From: Podarcis vaucheri
Lineage: Eukaryota
Length of the DNA: 64,000 nt
Assembly (NCBI GenBank): GCA_965113315.1
Contig: OZ220379.1
Strand: one strand, 5' to 3'
In this document: piece after piece, positions 11,601 to 26,600 of the stretch
How positions within the stretch are numbered: position 1 is the stretch's first letter
Layout: each line of letters opens with the position of its first letter
Notes under the pieces: model-generated
What the model was told of the DNA's origin: nothing
The model's input: the letters and a program-made list of their open reading frames with translations, nothing else
The model's database searches: none
Made by a program: the position numbers and the translations under genes

Positions 11601-14600
11601 CAATTTTGTTGAATGCAGTCAGTACTTTACAGAGACTCCAATTAAACGCCTTTCCACGCCATTTTAAGTATATTTTGCACGCTCTTTCTGCATTCAGCAC
11701 ACTGACACCTAGATTGTGTTTTCTAATCCAATGTAGTAACGCTTGTGTATAGAGCATCTTGCCTCATATGCAGAGTCGGACCTGATGACCTTAAGGTTTC
11801 CTCTGGGGTTACAAGCATGCAATTGTGTGATACGGTTGTATATTAGCTCGGGAAGGCAGAGTTAGTTTGATTAGGAAGGAAAAGGTGTTGTTTGGCTCTT
11901 CCGTCTTACTGTTGCTAACAAACACAGCCTTATAAGCCAGCTACACCAAAGTTTGCACAACGGTTACACTTCTGTCACCAGTAGAAATCAAATCGTGCAC
12001 AATAACGGAGTAAACCAGGAGCGACGCTTGTTATATATTATCATCTCTATACATTAGAATCTCAATCATACTCAAACAAATTCNNNNNNNNNNNNNNNNN
12101 NNNNNNNNNNNNNNNNNNNNNNNNNNNNNNNNNNNNNNNNNNNNNNNNNNNNNNNNNNNNNNNNNNNNNNNNNNNNNNNNNNNNNNNNNNNNNNNNNNNN
12201 NNNNNNNNNNNNNNNNNNNNNNNNNNNNNNNNNNNNNNNNNNNNNNNNNNNNNNNNNNNNNNNNNNNNNNNNNNNNNNNNNNNNNNNNNNNNNNNNNNNN
12301 NNNNNNNNNNNNNNNNNNNNNNNNNNNNNNNNNNNNNNNNNNNNNNNNNNNNNNNNNNNNNNNNNNNNNNNNNNNNNNNNNNNNNNNNNNNNNNNNNNNN
12401 NNNNNNNNNNNNNNNNNNNNNNNNNNNNNNNNNNNNNNNNNNNNNNNNNNNNNNNNNNNNNNNNNNNNNNNNNNNNNNNNNNNNNNNNNNNNNNNNNNNN
12501 NNNNNNNNNNNNNNNNNNNNNNNNNNNNNNNNNNNNNNNNNNNNNNNNNNNNNNNNNNNNNNNNNNNNNNNNNNNNNNNNNNNNNNNNNNNNNNNNNNNN
12601 NNNNNNNNNNNNNNNNNNNCATAGTAAGATGCCGCAAGAACATATGGNNNNNNNNNNNNNNNNNNNNNNNNNNNNNNNNNNNNNNNNNNNNNNNNNNNNN
12701 NNNNNNNNNNNNNNNNNNNNNNNNNNNNNNNNNNNNNNNNNNNNNNNNNNNNNNNNNNNNNNNNNNNNNNNNNNNNNNNNNNNNNNNNNNNNNNNNNNNN
12801 NNNNNNNNNNNNNNNNNNNNNNNNNNNNNNNNNNNNNNNNNNNNNNNNNNNNNNNNNNNNNNNNNNNNNNNNNNNNNNNNNNNNNNNNNNNNNNNNNNNN
12901 NNNNNNNNNNNNNNNNNNNNNNNNNNNNNNNGATAAAAGCCCATCACAGGGATATTTTTATCCAGATTTGTTTTTTAACACAAGCTTCTCTTTATCAGCT
13001 ATTGACCAGAACAGTTAAAGCATATGGCAAAAGTTCATTAATGAACGGGAGCACACAGCACTCTAATTTAATGAAACCACTTGAGCCATAAAATCAGATC
13101 TACTTAATTCTCTCTTCCTTTTTAGTTCCTCTTCTGCATCTAGCCTAAACCCTGAACTCTTAGCACAATATCATGAGCAACCCGAATGGGGGAAAAAGTG
13201 AATATATTTATAAAAGCTGATTTGTAAAAGGCTCCATGACTTCAACAAAGCAACACTGACAAAAAAATAAGATGTTTAAAAAGTTCTTTTTCCACAACAT
13301 TATTTTTAATATAGAGCAACATAAATTATTAGGGCACATATCATTTGTATTTTAAAGAGTATTCTCTAGCAGCTGCTTTCTAACAACAAAAATGCTCTTT
13401 ATTCCGTGAAAAATCTTTCTGTGAAAAGCAGCTAAACAAGCTGCACCCAGATGGCAAACCAGCTACAGTTTAATTAATCCACTAAAAGCCATTCAGTTTT
13501 CAGTAAGGGTAATGTAATTTTGAATAATTGTAGGGGAAAAAATTACTAAAACGTTCTTAAGTTTTATTATAGCGGCATGAACACTGCCACTATAGAGTAG
13601 TTAAAGTTGAGTTGCTGTTTCCATAATAAAGCCCTGCACTTTCCCATTCTTACTGCTTGCCTTTGCTTTGAGTGGGAAATGGATATTCGCTTTGCTGGCT
13701 TATTAAGCATATAAACATTTAAGCTTCACCAACAAGTCCTGAAGACAGAAACTTCGGATACGGCACTTCGCTACTGGCTTGAAACTTCTTATTGGATAAC
13801 AGAATTCAGTCAAAAGGGCAGGGGTGGGGCTTGCATGCTAAACCGCTCCTAGAGATGGTAAAACCCAACACTTGCAACCTTTTCAAACTATGTTTCCTAT
13901 CGTGCACCTTTCTACATACAATAATGTTGCTGATACACTGCTCCCAGCAGCCCTGTTACCATTAACAAAAAATGGTTACTGCACAGAGACCCTCCACATT
14001 TATTTGAACATGGGATGTTCCTCACCTTGCAATAGAGAACTGTCTATGCATTCCACCTATGCAAACATACCACGTTGCAGGGTTGGGAAGCTACTAAATT
14101 CAAATAAAACGGTTCTAAACATCACATGGCTGAAACCGTAAATAAGAGGCAAAGGTCAGAAATGCTTGATATCAGCCTTGTATTCAGCACATTTAGCTGA
14201 ATACTGTCTCTGCAAATATTTTGCTAGCGATGTGGACGAAATTACTGAAATGAAAGTTAGAAATGATAACTCTTACACACACACACACACACGGGTTACT
14301 ATAGGGGTGCTTATGCAGAAAATAAAATGTGTATGGATTACTCAAGAACATTATCCTAAGTACTATTATTTGAATCAGCAGGATTATCATTTGCATTTCT
14401 CAAAGGAAATAAATACATGAATAATACTCATTCCATGTGTTCACAAACCAGAGTAAATTTCAATATTTAGTTTTTTTCCAAAGGGTTGAAATAGGAAGGA
14501 CGGGGGGGGGGCAAGAAACATAGTTGATTAATCTTATGGGTTTAAAACAATTGATTAAAAGAGGCACACAATTTTACCTGAAGAACTGACCACTTTGAAG

Positions 14601-17600
14601 AAGGGAAAGGTATTTTTTGTTTTTTACATTGAATCCCCCCCCCCCAAAAAAAGCAGGAATATGCCCATTGATCCAGAATTTCAAGATTATTTCAGGAGAA
14701 ACAGCAAGTTTGTTTGCATTTTGTGGCCAGCGCTGCTAAGCATGGGTCAACTCAAGCGGGGGGTGGGGGGTGGCAGGAAACTGGACCAGGGAGAGGATGG
14801 TGCAAGTCAGGAATGGAAACCCTGGACCACCACCACCCAATGCTGTTAAGACGGCAACTTCCATCATCACTGACCATGCTGACTGTAGCTGGTGGGAGTT
14901 GGAAGCCAGAAGCACTTAAAAAGCTACAGGTATGTTATCCCTGGTGGAGAACAATATTAAGCCTGGAAAACTGCTGTTTGTCTTCACAGCAAAATGCTGG
15001 TCATGCCTAGTTCTGCTCCATCACAGAGCACCAGCAGGTGGAATGTCCTGTCTTAGAAAAGGCATTCCCTTCTGTATGAGAAAATAAGTGAAATGCCTCT
15101 CCAACAACAGTGTCCATTCTTCTTGATTTGCATTCAAATTTTTAAAAAGCCTGCTACCCAATTAATTGGACGCACATTTGAACGGACTGAAGAGTGCATA
15201 ATCAACCAGTTGGTGGTATTAATTGACCAAACGTTACACCCGCAGGATTTAAAAAGTTGGTCTTCCATTGGAATGTGAAACTCTCTGGCCTATATGAACT
15301 ATGTATGAACTATGCAGCTGTGCAACCTTGGTAATAGATCGGATGAGAGCCAACAAACTGAAGCTCAATCCGGATAAAACCGAGGCAGTTAGTGGGTGGT
15401 TCTCCAGAGGGGAGGTTGCCTGCTCTTGATGGGGTTACACTTCCTCTGAAGGAGTGGGTACATAACTTGGGGGTACCCTGGATCCTTTGCTGTCCCTTGA
15501 GACTCAGCTGGTAGCCCAGCTATTCCCCATTCTGGACAGGGATAGCCTAACTTCTGTCACCTATGCTCTGGTAACCTCTAGGTTTTAATTTAATTTATTA
15601 CTGCAACGTGTTATATGTTGAGCTGCCTCCGAAGGCAGTTCAGAAACTTCAGCTGGTGCAGGATTCGACGGCCAGGTTACTCACTGGGGCAAGATAGTTA
15701 GAGTATATTACAGTGGTACCTCGGGTTACATACGCTTCAGGTTACACACTCTGCTAACCTAGAAATAGTGCTTCAGGTTAAGAACTTTGCTTCAGGGTGA
15801 GAACAAAAATCGGGCTCCGGCGGCGTGGCAGCAGCAGGAGGCCCCCATTAGCTAAAGTGGTGCTTCAGGTTAAGAACAGTTTCAGGTTAAGAACGGACCT
15901 CCGGAACGAATTAAGTACTTAACCCGAGGTACCACTGTACACTGATCCTGGCCCAACTGCACTTGCTACCAATTAATTTCCAGTCCCAATTCAAAGTGCT
16001 GGTTTTGAGCCATGAAGCCTTAAATGTCTCAGAACTACAATACCTCAAGGACCGCCTTTCCCCATATGAAGTGACTCAGACCCTGCAATCATCACCTGAG
16101 GTCCTTCTTTGTGTGCCCCCTCCATGAGAGGTCCAGAGGGTGGCAACGTGAGAACAGGCCTCTTTTGTGGTGGCTCCCTGTTGTGGAATGCTCTCTCCAG
16201 GGAGGCTCACCTGGCATCTTCCTTACATATCTTTAGGTGCCAGGCAAAAACATTTCTCTATAACCAGGTATTGGGCTGATCAAACATTTTATGGCCTTTT
16301 AAATGTGTTTGTGGGAGGGAGGTTATTGGTTTGTTTTTGTTTCATTATGTATTTTGTGTTCTCATTTTGTGTGTGAACAACAACAATGAAAGTGCTGCAG
16401 AAAAACTTAACTTAGTTGATGCTTGATTGTTTTATGGGTGCATGGTGTTATATCTACCAGGTTGTTCACTTGGACAGTGGGATAATTAAAAATAATATTT
16501 GCCAACAATTTTTCTCTCACCTCTTTCCTCTGTTTTGAAGGACTTTCAGGTTTTGAAAACAGAGAGCTGAGAGCCTGTTGAAGTTGTTCTTCCAGCTGAC
16601 TGATATGTCGTTCTTTTTCAAGTAGTTGGTTCTGGAGAGAAGCTTGACTTTGCCGGAGCTCCAACTCACTTGCTTTGAGTTTCTCAAAACATACGGTCAA
16701 TTCATTGTAAAGCTATGTTAAGATTTAAGAAATTTAAGAAAAATTTAAGATTTAAGAAAAAGTGTCATTATGAACAAGAGCATACGTTCATAAAAATGCA
16801 ACTACTAGAGTGTGAAATCTAGCAACAAAATTCAGAGAACCAGTATAATTAAAACCATTTTCAACCGTTGTAAATGCTGATTCCACTCTGCCAGATTTTG
16901 TTTGAGACAGAGTTCCAATGCCTTTCATCAACACATAGAAAGAAAATGCTTGACACTGGAACTGTAGTGTACTGCCTATAGTGTACTTACCTATATTTTA
17001 CACTAAGTAAATCTACAGAAGCTATTCTGCATAAAACTATCTTAGATGTAACAGCTCGCAACAATAGTATCCCATAAATCTAAATTCTACACTACTAAAT
17101 GAAGGCTACAGGCCAAACCAAACATGACAGAAGCAACCATTTCTATCACATTGACATATAAATTGGGTGGGTCTAGTTTTTATAACGAAAGGTGACAGCA
17201 TGTGAAAGGACCTGAATCCACCTGAACTTAATCTTGCCGTGCTCTGGCACACTTCCAGTATCAGAACTGCCCTGGGAGAAAAGAGCCGGAGATTCCTAGA
17301 ATGCAGGGACGGAAGAGAGAGGGAAAGGGACAGAAAAGAAACTTGCCTCTGCAAATATCTCCTACAGAAATTAGACCACATCTACTTTATTCATGAATGG
17401 AACAGACACAGCAACAAGACAAATGCAACAAACATTTTTTGGCTGCCAGGGCTATTTTGGTCCTAAGAACATGAACTCAGCTTTAGCTTGAGGGTTACAG
17501 TTTCACATGTCACGGGTTATAGAAAATGGATGGGTAGGGTTTGTGCATACAAATGATTTTTTTCTAGTTTCTATTTAATATTTGGCAAAAATAAATAAAC

Positions 17601-20600
17601 ACAGTTCTCTGTTAATTGAAGCTACTGTATAACAAAATACCATTTCCAAGTTCTTTCCTGCACCACAGTAGCTTACTGTTATTTACATAGCAGCTAAGAT
17701 GATCAGGTTTCTCTAAGCCATCTAACTTGTCTGGATAAAAATATTAAAGAGAACAAAACAAAACAAAACAAAACCTGCAGCCACCCAGCAATGCAAATGT
17801 CTACATTTGCAAAAGGCCCAACAAGTTTTCATCCTCCAAATGGCTGAAACCAGATAACAGACTTTATATTCCCCTAACAAATCAAAAGTGCAGTATTCCA
17901 AGACAACTGTCTCCCTTGCATTAGTGTGCTGGCTGGAAGAACTAGATAAGGACTTGTCAGCCACTCTATAGGCAAATTCACAGAGGAAAAGTCTTCTACG
18001 TTTCCAAATGGCATTGAGCCTATCAGCATGTACGTCCTATGATATATCGTCCCTTATAGCAAGATCAATGACCTCTGTTAGTGGTCAGATAGCCCATATG
18101 CCCAGAACCTCAGGTCATGTGACTCACTGGCATATCATTTAGGAAATAATGGAATTTGCACAGACAGACCAAGTTTATTAGGTCACACTTGATCCCATGG
18201 CTTAAAAGCTACTGCAAGCTGCCGCCTTGAACAAAAGAAGATAGGGCATAAATTGAAATAAATAAAGCTGCTCTGACAAACTTGCTGCACAATTCTGCAT
18301 ATATGCCTACTCGGATGTAAGTCCCAATGAGTTCAATAGCACATACCGTAATCCCTGTTGTGTGTGTATGGGATTGCAGCTTCAGGAGTGAAGGCAAATG
18401 TTTGGTAATCTCATGTGATATAAACAGACACAGAAAGCTGCCGAATACCATGTCTAATGATTGATCCATCTTCCTTTGTATCGTCTACCCTAAACTGGCG
18501 GCAGGTCCCCAGGGTTCAGATGGGAGGCATTCCCAGCCGACCTAGAGACACCAAGGGTGAAGCCCTTCCCTGCTTCTGAACAATACAGTAGTAGGCTGTA
18601 ATCAGGCTGTGAGTAAGCAACTGAACGTTTGAACATTCCCATATGCCCAACATAAAAAAAATCCTGAATGAACGAACACATATGAACAAACCTTACATGT
18701 CAAAAAGAGTTACCCGAACCTTTTATATGATGTGTTAGTATCTATATATACAGGATTTGTTTTTTGTGTTTTTAAATATAGGAAATATTCAGTCTAAAGG
18801 ATTTATGCGTTCAGAAATTTTTGGTAATCTTGAATTCTTGAAATGCATGACATAAATGCATAGTATGATTATTAATTCTCCACCTATATTTTAAATTTGG
18901 ACAGTCTTGCACCAGATTAATCACATGAGCCCATTCACGCTTGTATCATGCTCTTAAATATAACATCTTGAGAGGCTTATAAATACATATCCAGACATAA
19001 CTACAATGGAAAACATCTCCAAACTCTCAGGCGTTTTTGTAGAACATAGTCTAACCAATGATCCCAAGTTAGAAAAACTGGATGTAGGCATTCAGTTCCA
19101 CACTAATATCAAGATGGGCTACACAACACTACTTCCCCTCAGTCCAAATATTTTAGGTTAGTGGGTTTATGGAAACTCATTGACATCTATTTTATACTGT
19201 ATTTATAGCTCTTCTTCTCAAGAAAAGGAATTATTTTCTAAAAATGTATACCAACTATTTCACTGGTCCCAGACATACCAAGTGCTCCAGTAGCATGCTG
19301 GTTTTAATGAGACTCAATAGATTTATCCTCACCTAAGACTCAAGGTGGTGAGTCTTAAATCAATACTAAGGATAATAAGACAACAAGAGTTTCTCGGTCT
19401 CCAGACTACCTTATCAGCACACTCTGAAATTTACAGTTTAAAAGTTTTGTTTCAAAATGCAGCACTTCCCTTCAGCGAGGTCTTGGCTGCCTAGCTATTT
19501 ATTAATTGGTCTGATTGAAAATCTCATAAAGGAAAGCTTTCTCAATGGTCCAAAAGTAACAGTTTGCTCCCAAACAGGAAACTAAGTTTAAATCCTAGAC
19601 CACATCTGTATTTCCTCTATCTACAGAAATTGGGACCAGCAACACGGATAAACAAAGTGTCTTCGATGTACTCAATCAAGTGTTGTTTTTCAAAGCTTGC
19701 TCAAATGAGCTTGATAAACCCGAAATGAACTTGACCAGCTCTCCAAATATAAATCCATGGTCACATCATTAGCTTGAAAGGACATCACACTTGTTTGTCC
19801 GAAGCCTAGAGAAAGAGGGAGAACAAAAACAGGCTTGACTTTCCAAGTGGATCAAGAGAACAGATTTTATAAGGATAGAAACAGATAATTAAACAATCGG
19901 TCTGTAAGCACTTAGAAGAGGATGCTGTGATAACTAAGAGCCTGCAAGAGTTTCTCAAAAACAGGTCATGTCAGGCAAATCTTATTTTTTTGATAGAGTT
20001 ACCAGCTTGGCTGACAGGGGAATGCAGTGGTTGTAACGTATCTTGATTTCAGTAAGGCTTTCAACAAAGTCCCTCATGACAGTCTTGCAGAGATGGTGGT
20101 AAAATATGGGCTAGACGATATTACTATTAGTGGATTTGTAGCTGTTGACTGACCAAACCCAAAGAGTGCTCACCAACGGTTCCACGTCATCCAGGAAAAA
20201 AGTAAGAAGTACCACAGGGTTCTGGCCTTGGCCCAATGTTGTTCAACATCTTTATAAATTACTTGGATGAAGGAATAGAGCAAATGCTAGTCATTGTTAT
20301 TATTTTTACACTAAACTGGGATAGGTAATACCACAGAAAATACAATCAGGATTGGAGAACTGGGCCAAAACTAACAAAATGAATTTCAATATGGACAACT
20401 GTAAATGCAGACAGTTAGGCAGGAATAATGAGTTCCACAAATATAGGCTGGAGGACACCTGGCTTGGAGGCAGGACATGTGAAAAGGATCTAGGGGTCTT
20501 AGTAGACCACAATATGAACAGTGTTGATGCACCAGAAAATAAAAGAAAAAAAGCTAATGCAATTCTAAGCTGCATCAACAGAAGTACAGCATCCAGATCA

Positions 20601-23600
20601 AAAGAAATAATAATACCATTGGGGAGGCATGATTATAACCTTGCATATGAAGACTGCTGATTTTGACAGGTATTCTACTTTTCAGGCTGCTGACATATTT
20701 AGGTTTTTGTAAACCTTCATTGGCTTCTAACCTGCTGTCTCTGTTCCTAATTTTAATTTTAATCAGTTTTACACTGTTTCTTGTATGTGATGAAGTGCCA
20801 CATAGTGTTCATTCTGCAGGAAACTGAACCTTTTAGTGTGGTAGCACCCAATCCTTGGAACTCCCTTCCCATTAATATAGACCATGTTAATCTTGTTTTC
20901 AGTGCCTACAAAAACCTCCCCCCCACACACACACAGCAAGCCCACCCAAACATGTAATTTTGGTGTGCAATTTTAAACACATTGTATAACTGCTATAAAG
21001 TATAACTGCTTTGAAAATTCTAGGGTTTTTTAATGTAAGTTGTTCTACATGTTCGTTTTATTTGTTTTGTTAATGAATATTTTAGATTGTCTTTTATAAA
21101 TCTCTGTTCTATGTTGATCAGACCACAACTAGAATACTGTGTCCAATTCTGGGCACCACAATTTAAGAAGGATGTTGACAAGCTGGAATGTGTGAGGAGG
21201 GCAACCAAGATGATGGTCTGGAAACAAAGCCTTAGGAGGAGTGTTTGAAGGAGCTGGGTATGTTTAGCCTGGAAAAGAGGAGACTGAGAGGAGATATGAA
21301 AGCCATCTTCAAATATCTCAAGGGCTGTCACATGGAAGAGGGAGCAAGCTTGTTTTCTCCTCCTCTAGAGTGGTGGACTCAAACCAATGGCTTCAAGTTA
21401 CAAGAAAGGATATTCCAACTAAATATTTGGGGGAAACTTTCTGAGAGTAAGAGCTGTACAGCAGTGGAACAGACCCCATGAGAGGTTGTGGACTCTTCTC
21501 CCTTGGAAGTTTTTGATCAGAGGTTGGATGGCCATCTGTCATGGATGCTTTAGCTGAGATTCTGGCATTGTAGGGGGCTGGACTAGATGACTCTTGGGTC
21601 CCTCCCAACTCTATGATTCTATAGTGTAAGTGGTATATACATTTTGTTAATTAAAATAAACAGATAAAAAAAGGAAAAAGAAACACAGCAAACTGGTGCA
21701 CACTGATTGTGCTATATTTTCCCCGTCTGGAAACAGGAGTGTCGAATTATATGTCCTCCCTTCCTCAGCTGCAAAGAGAAAGATGTCAATAACAGTGTGG
21801 TAGTGATGAGGACAGGGACACAGATGGCGCTGTGGGTTAAACCACAGAACCTAGGACTTGCCGATCAGAAGGTCGGCGGTTCGAATCCCTGCAATGGGGT
21901 GAGCTCTCGTTGCTCGGTCCCTGCTCATGCCAACCTAGCAGTTCGAAAGCACGTCAAAGTGCAAGTAGATAAATAGGTACCACTCCGGCGGGAAGGTAAA
22001 CGGCGTTTCCGTGCGCTGCTCTGGTTTGTCAGAAGTGGCTTAGTCATGCTGGCCAGATGACCCGGAAGCTGTATGCCGGCTCCCTCGGCCAATAAAGCGA
22101 GATGAGCGCCGAAACCCCAGAGTCGGTCACAACTGGACCTAATGGTCAGGGGTCCCTTTACTTTACCTTAGTGATGAGGCCAAGGGCAGTGATGGAACAA
22201 GCTATTTGCCACTGACCTTCAATGACTACTCACACAAGTCCAACCACATATTGCACTTATAGTGAAGGTGACACTTTTGCAAAGCTTTGCCCTTGTAAAG
22301 AAGGAAACGCACTTTCGGAGCGCCTACATACTTTTTGATATGATATTGTTTCAGCTGTGTGAGCATCTTCCTGAGTTCTCAGTACTTTTTGCGTATCCAT
22401 ATTGAGAGCCTGAAGCTGCTGGATCAGCTCTGCCTGCTGTGCTGCATGTTCAGTGTTTTGTTTGTAGAGATTCTGCAGCTCCTGCAACTCCTTCCTGTGC
22501 AAAGCAAGCAAGAAACAAGAAACTTGAGCAAAAGAAATATTGCAATCATCTCAATTAAACACTTATGTTAGCTGTTTTTATGTGAAAATCTTCCATTCTC
22601 ATCTATCGTTTCAGATTCATTGAGTGATAAGAAAGAGTGATAAACTAAAAAGAAAAGAAATATAAACTGTAATGTCAGTTTTCATTTTAATTCATTTCAG
22701 CAATATGAATGGTAAAATAAATGGACTTCAACAAGTTCTCACAGAAAAACTTGCAGTTCTCCTTTCATTATTCAATATACTTTTTAAAGCAAAAACATAA
22801 GAAGGGATACATGCAAGTGACTTTCACTGTTTTTATTCATACCTTTTTTGATTCCTGATAAAATATGCTTGCAGTAAAAATGTCCTACTAAGGAGTTTAT
22901 GTAACAGAACACATAACATAACACATAACAGAACACATGTAACAGAACTAGTCCAAAGAGGTGTTGTGAAACTTCTTGTGATGTTTAAGGAATTGGAAAG
23001 ACCCACCTTATATCAGGCCAAAGACAGGGGGTAGAATTCAACGTAGTGCTAAGCAGACCACTCTGCCAGTGCAAACATTTCTACTTGTCTGAAATCAATA
23101 AACATGACTATGCTAGACTGAATAATATTAACAGGTCTATTCTGTGTAAAACTTTGTTGAATACCACTCAAAGAAGGCTTAGCTTTTGAATTTCTGATTT
23201 TCCATTCTACTATATAGCAAAAATGTTTAGCAATTCAGAATTTCCTATGAGAGCAGATATGTGATCATTAAAAGCACAGCTAAAAACAGTGGTTCCGTTT
23301 GATTTATATATTTTGATCTTGCTTTTTATTTTCAGTATTCTTTGTATCTATTTAGGATCTTAAGATTTTAAAAATTTAAAATCTTAGCTTCTCTTTATTA
23401 CAGAGGAACAACATTTTGTGTAGATTTACCGTATGAATCAGGTACTTAATGCCATTAAAATAGCATGCTGTTTACAGAAACAAACAGACAGAAACATTGT
23501 TATGTGTCCACTTAAACCCAAAGGAGGAAAGAAATTCAGATGACAGGGACATGAATTATGTAACAGAACAAACAGAAGACTCAAGAGAATTAATATGCTA

Positions 23601-26600
23601 ACAGATAGTTGACAAAATAATGCCTTTTACTACTGGAAGAATGGAAACATATGCTAAATGCTCAGTAGCATAAAGGCAGCCAGTGGAAATTATGACTCCC
23701 TACTAGTGAAACTGTTAAAACCTGTGCAGCAATGTTATGCACTAGCTACAGTTTCTAGACTGCCTTCAAGGGTAACCCATATGGAGTGCATTACAGTAAT
23801 CCAAATGGGAGATCTTGGAGCAAGCAAAACTGCCACCAGGGAATCTCAATCCAGGAATGACCACAGCTGCTAAACAAACCTGGGTCTCTAGTGAAGTTAT
23901 TGGGTTTAGGAGCATTCTTGAACTACACACTTGCTCCTTTACAACTCCCTCCAGAAAAGCCCAAACATCCAATTCTCAGACATGAGAACTGCCCACCAAC
24001 AGTGCCGCCATTTTGTCAAGATGCGGTTTCAGTTTTTTAGCCCTCTTCCAGCTCGCCAATGCCTTCCAGTACCGGGTTTGGATGATATGTAGATGCATAA
24101 TACAGATAACGTTAGCTATCAGTGTATTGGTGGTGCAGACTCTCAGTCTCCCTGGCAACCTCACCCAGCTCTATATCTAGATGTTACATGGTACTGGGGA
24201 CAAGGAGGAAACCTGTGGGACCCCACAGCGTAACTGCCACGAGGGCCAAGCAGAAGTAATCCAATGCTATTCTCTGGAAGTGGCCCTGGAAGTAGCAGCA
24301 AAAACACCTTAACCCTGTGACCCCAACCATTGGATGGGGGGGGGAGGTGGGGTGATTGTATCAAAAGCCACAAGGCCAACATACTTGAACTCCCCCATCT
24401 CTCACAAAACAGGTGATCAACCAGATTAACCAAAGCTGTCTTGGTACGAAAACCAAAGCCAGGTGAAAATGGGTGAAGATAACCTGTTTCTTCGTCCAAG
24501 TACATCTGAAGCTGCACAACCACAAGCCTCTTGAGTACCTTGCAAAAGTAGGACTGAATTACCAGGAAATACAAGAGAAACTGCCTGTGACAATTCTATA
24601 TTGACTATTTTTGATGGCTCTTTTCACCCTTGCTGTGGAACAGCTTTCCCAGGGAGGCTAACTTCAGGATATCATTTCAGGAACAGGGAAAGGTCTTTTT
24701 TATTTTCCAATGCCTTTTAATTGACTGCTAGTTTTTTAGGCAATTTATCTTTACAACACATTTTTAATCTGTTCAATTTTACTGGATGAATTTTTAATTA
24801 AACTTTATTGTAGGCTGTCTTGTAAACCTACAAATAGGAAGGTCTATAAATACCAGAAAAGAGCACTTTGTGCTATGAAAACTTATGCCATAATTAGTCT
24901 GTTAGTATAGTATTTAAAGTGCCACAATAGTCTTTCTTTTAAATAACTAATTTTTCAAACTTGTATTTAAACTTTGGGGTGTTTCAAACTCAGCAGGGAA
25001 GTTCCATGGTGCTAGCAAAAATCTGCCTATGTGCAATCCGCTCTAGATTATATTCATAGCCCAACTTGCACGGTGAAACTATCTTGTGCACAAACTGGAT
25101 GTGTTATGCCAGTTATAACTTCCCCAACAGTGAGGGGTCGCTTGCTTGAAACACCAATTACAAGTATATCATGTGCTGAGATTCCTGGCACTGGTATAAT
25201 GTGGTCTGCCCTGCACTTCCGAATGTTTCCATTCTGCATTGCTTATGATCTCCTTGGGGGTCCCCTAAAGAAATGCAGGTAATAGAATGGAGGCTAGATT
25301 AACGTTAGCTATTGATTTAAGGATGATGAAACCCACTGGACTCTATGCTGATCTCAAGTTTTCAATATCCCCTCTCCTAATTTAACTTTGTGGAGTTGCT
25401 TCAAGGATCTCCCTGTTTAAAAATGATTATTATCATTTCTCACAAAAAACACCATGTATTATCATTTGCTCTTTCTGAAGCAAGTATCTGCTCTCAGGTG
25501 CTACAACAATGCACTTTAATTAAATTAACATTTCCCTGATGCAGATACCAATGTCAGTAAAATCTGATACCTAAAATGGAATTATTGCCCTTTCTCCCCA
25601 CTTCTGAAATTTGCCATGGAGGGCACCAGACTGGTGGACGAAGTGAGGATTTTCTATGGGTGTGTGTGTGTGTGTATGAAAGAGCTTTAGGTCAGGCAGC
25701 TGCTCTGTTCATTCCCACAGCTGCTGAAGTCAAAGCCTTCTCCTGCCGAGCGAACTTTCATAGAAAGCACAGTCATTACATTGTAAGAAGAGATAGAGCA
25801 GCCAAGCAGCAGGGATGCTGCAGTTGATCACAGGATACTTTTCAAAACCTAGCAGTTTTAATGGAGCCTCGCAAAGACTATAAAAGGAAGAGACCTCAAA
25901 GCTCACAATTCCAAGCATTTATCTGCAAATTTCAAGGTTAATGCCCTACAAGTAAATGTCTAAACAACAAAGCAGAACAAAGGACCTGAGCATAAGCGAC
26001 AGGGTTGCTAGTACGTGGTTCGCTGCTTCAGCTGTAATTCTGCTGGGTGCACAGCTCAACTTTGCAGGTTTCTGAACATGCATGGACTGAATAAAGTAGT
26101 AATTTTGCCAAAATAATACAAACAAGAAAGGGATACATTTACATTTATACCAGTTCCTATCATGCAAATACAGAGACTAGGGGAGGTAATTAAAAGCAAT
26201 GACGTCATTCTTCCCCTATTAGTTTTCTTGCCAAGTAATAAAGGTAGGCATTGCCATTTTGTGATGTAGCCAACGCAACACAATTTTAGCAGAGGAAGCT
26301 CCCCGCAACATAGTGGAATAATACCAAAGATCACTGAACACAGATTAATGCCTTAAGCTTTAGTCATCAAGTGGTGTGCACAGTCTAAACCATGTGGGTG
26401 ACTGAAAATGGGGATTCAAGTGGTTTTGAGAACCCTGGTTAATTGAGCCATGGTTAACTTAGCCGTACGCTGGGGCAGTGCTAATGCCAGCACTTGAAAC
26501 GGGGTGTTAATTTGAGGTAGAGGAAGGAGCATCCATTCCTGAAGCTGATTTCAGAATCTGCACATTGTGAGCTGTAGGGAGCCAATAATAGGTATGCACC

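Noticed and set aside
16713-16760. U12-type intron suggested by CTTAAC just upstream of the exon 8 acceptor
   Set aside because: The matching donor is GTATGT, not GTATCCTT. The motif belongs to a short (TTTAAGA)-like tandem repeat.
19615-19760. [10 protein letters not shown] resembling a TRAF MATH-domain end
   Set aside because: Short match in a frame with nearby stops and no upstream domain; probably chance.
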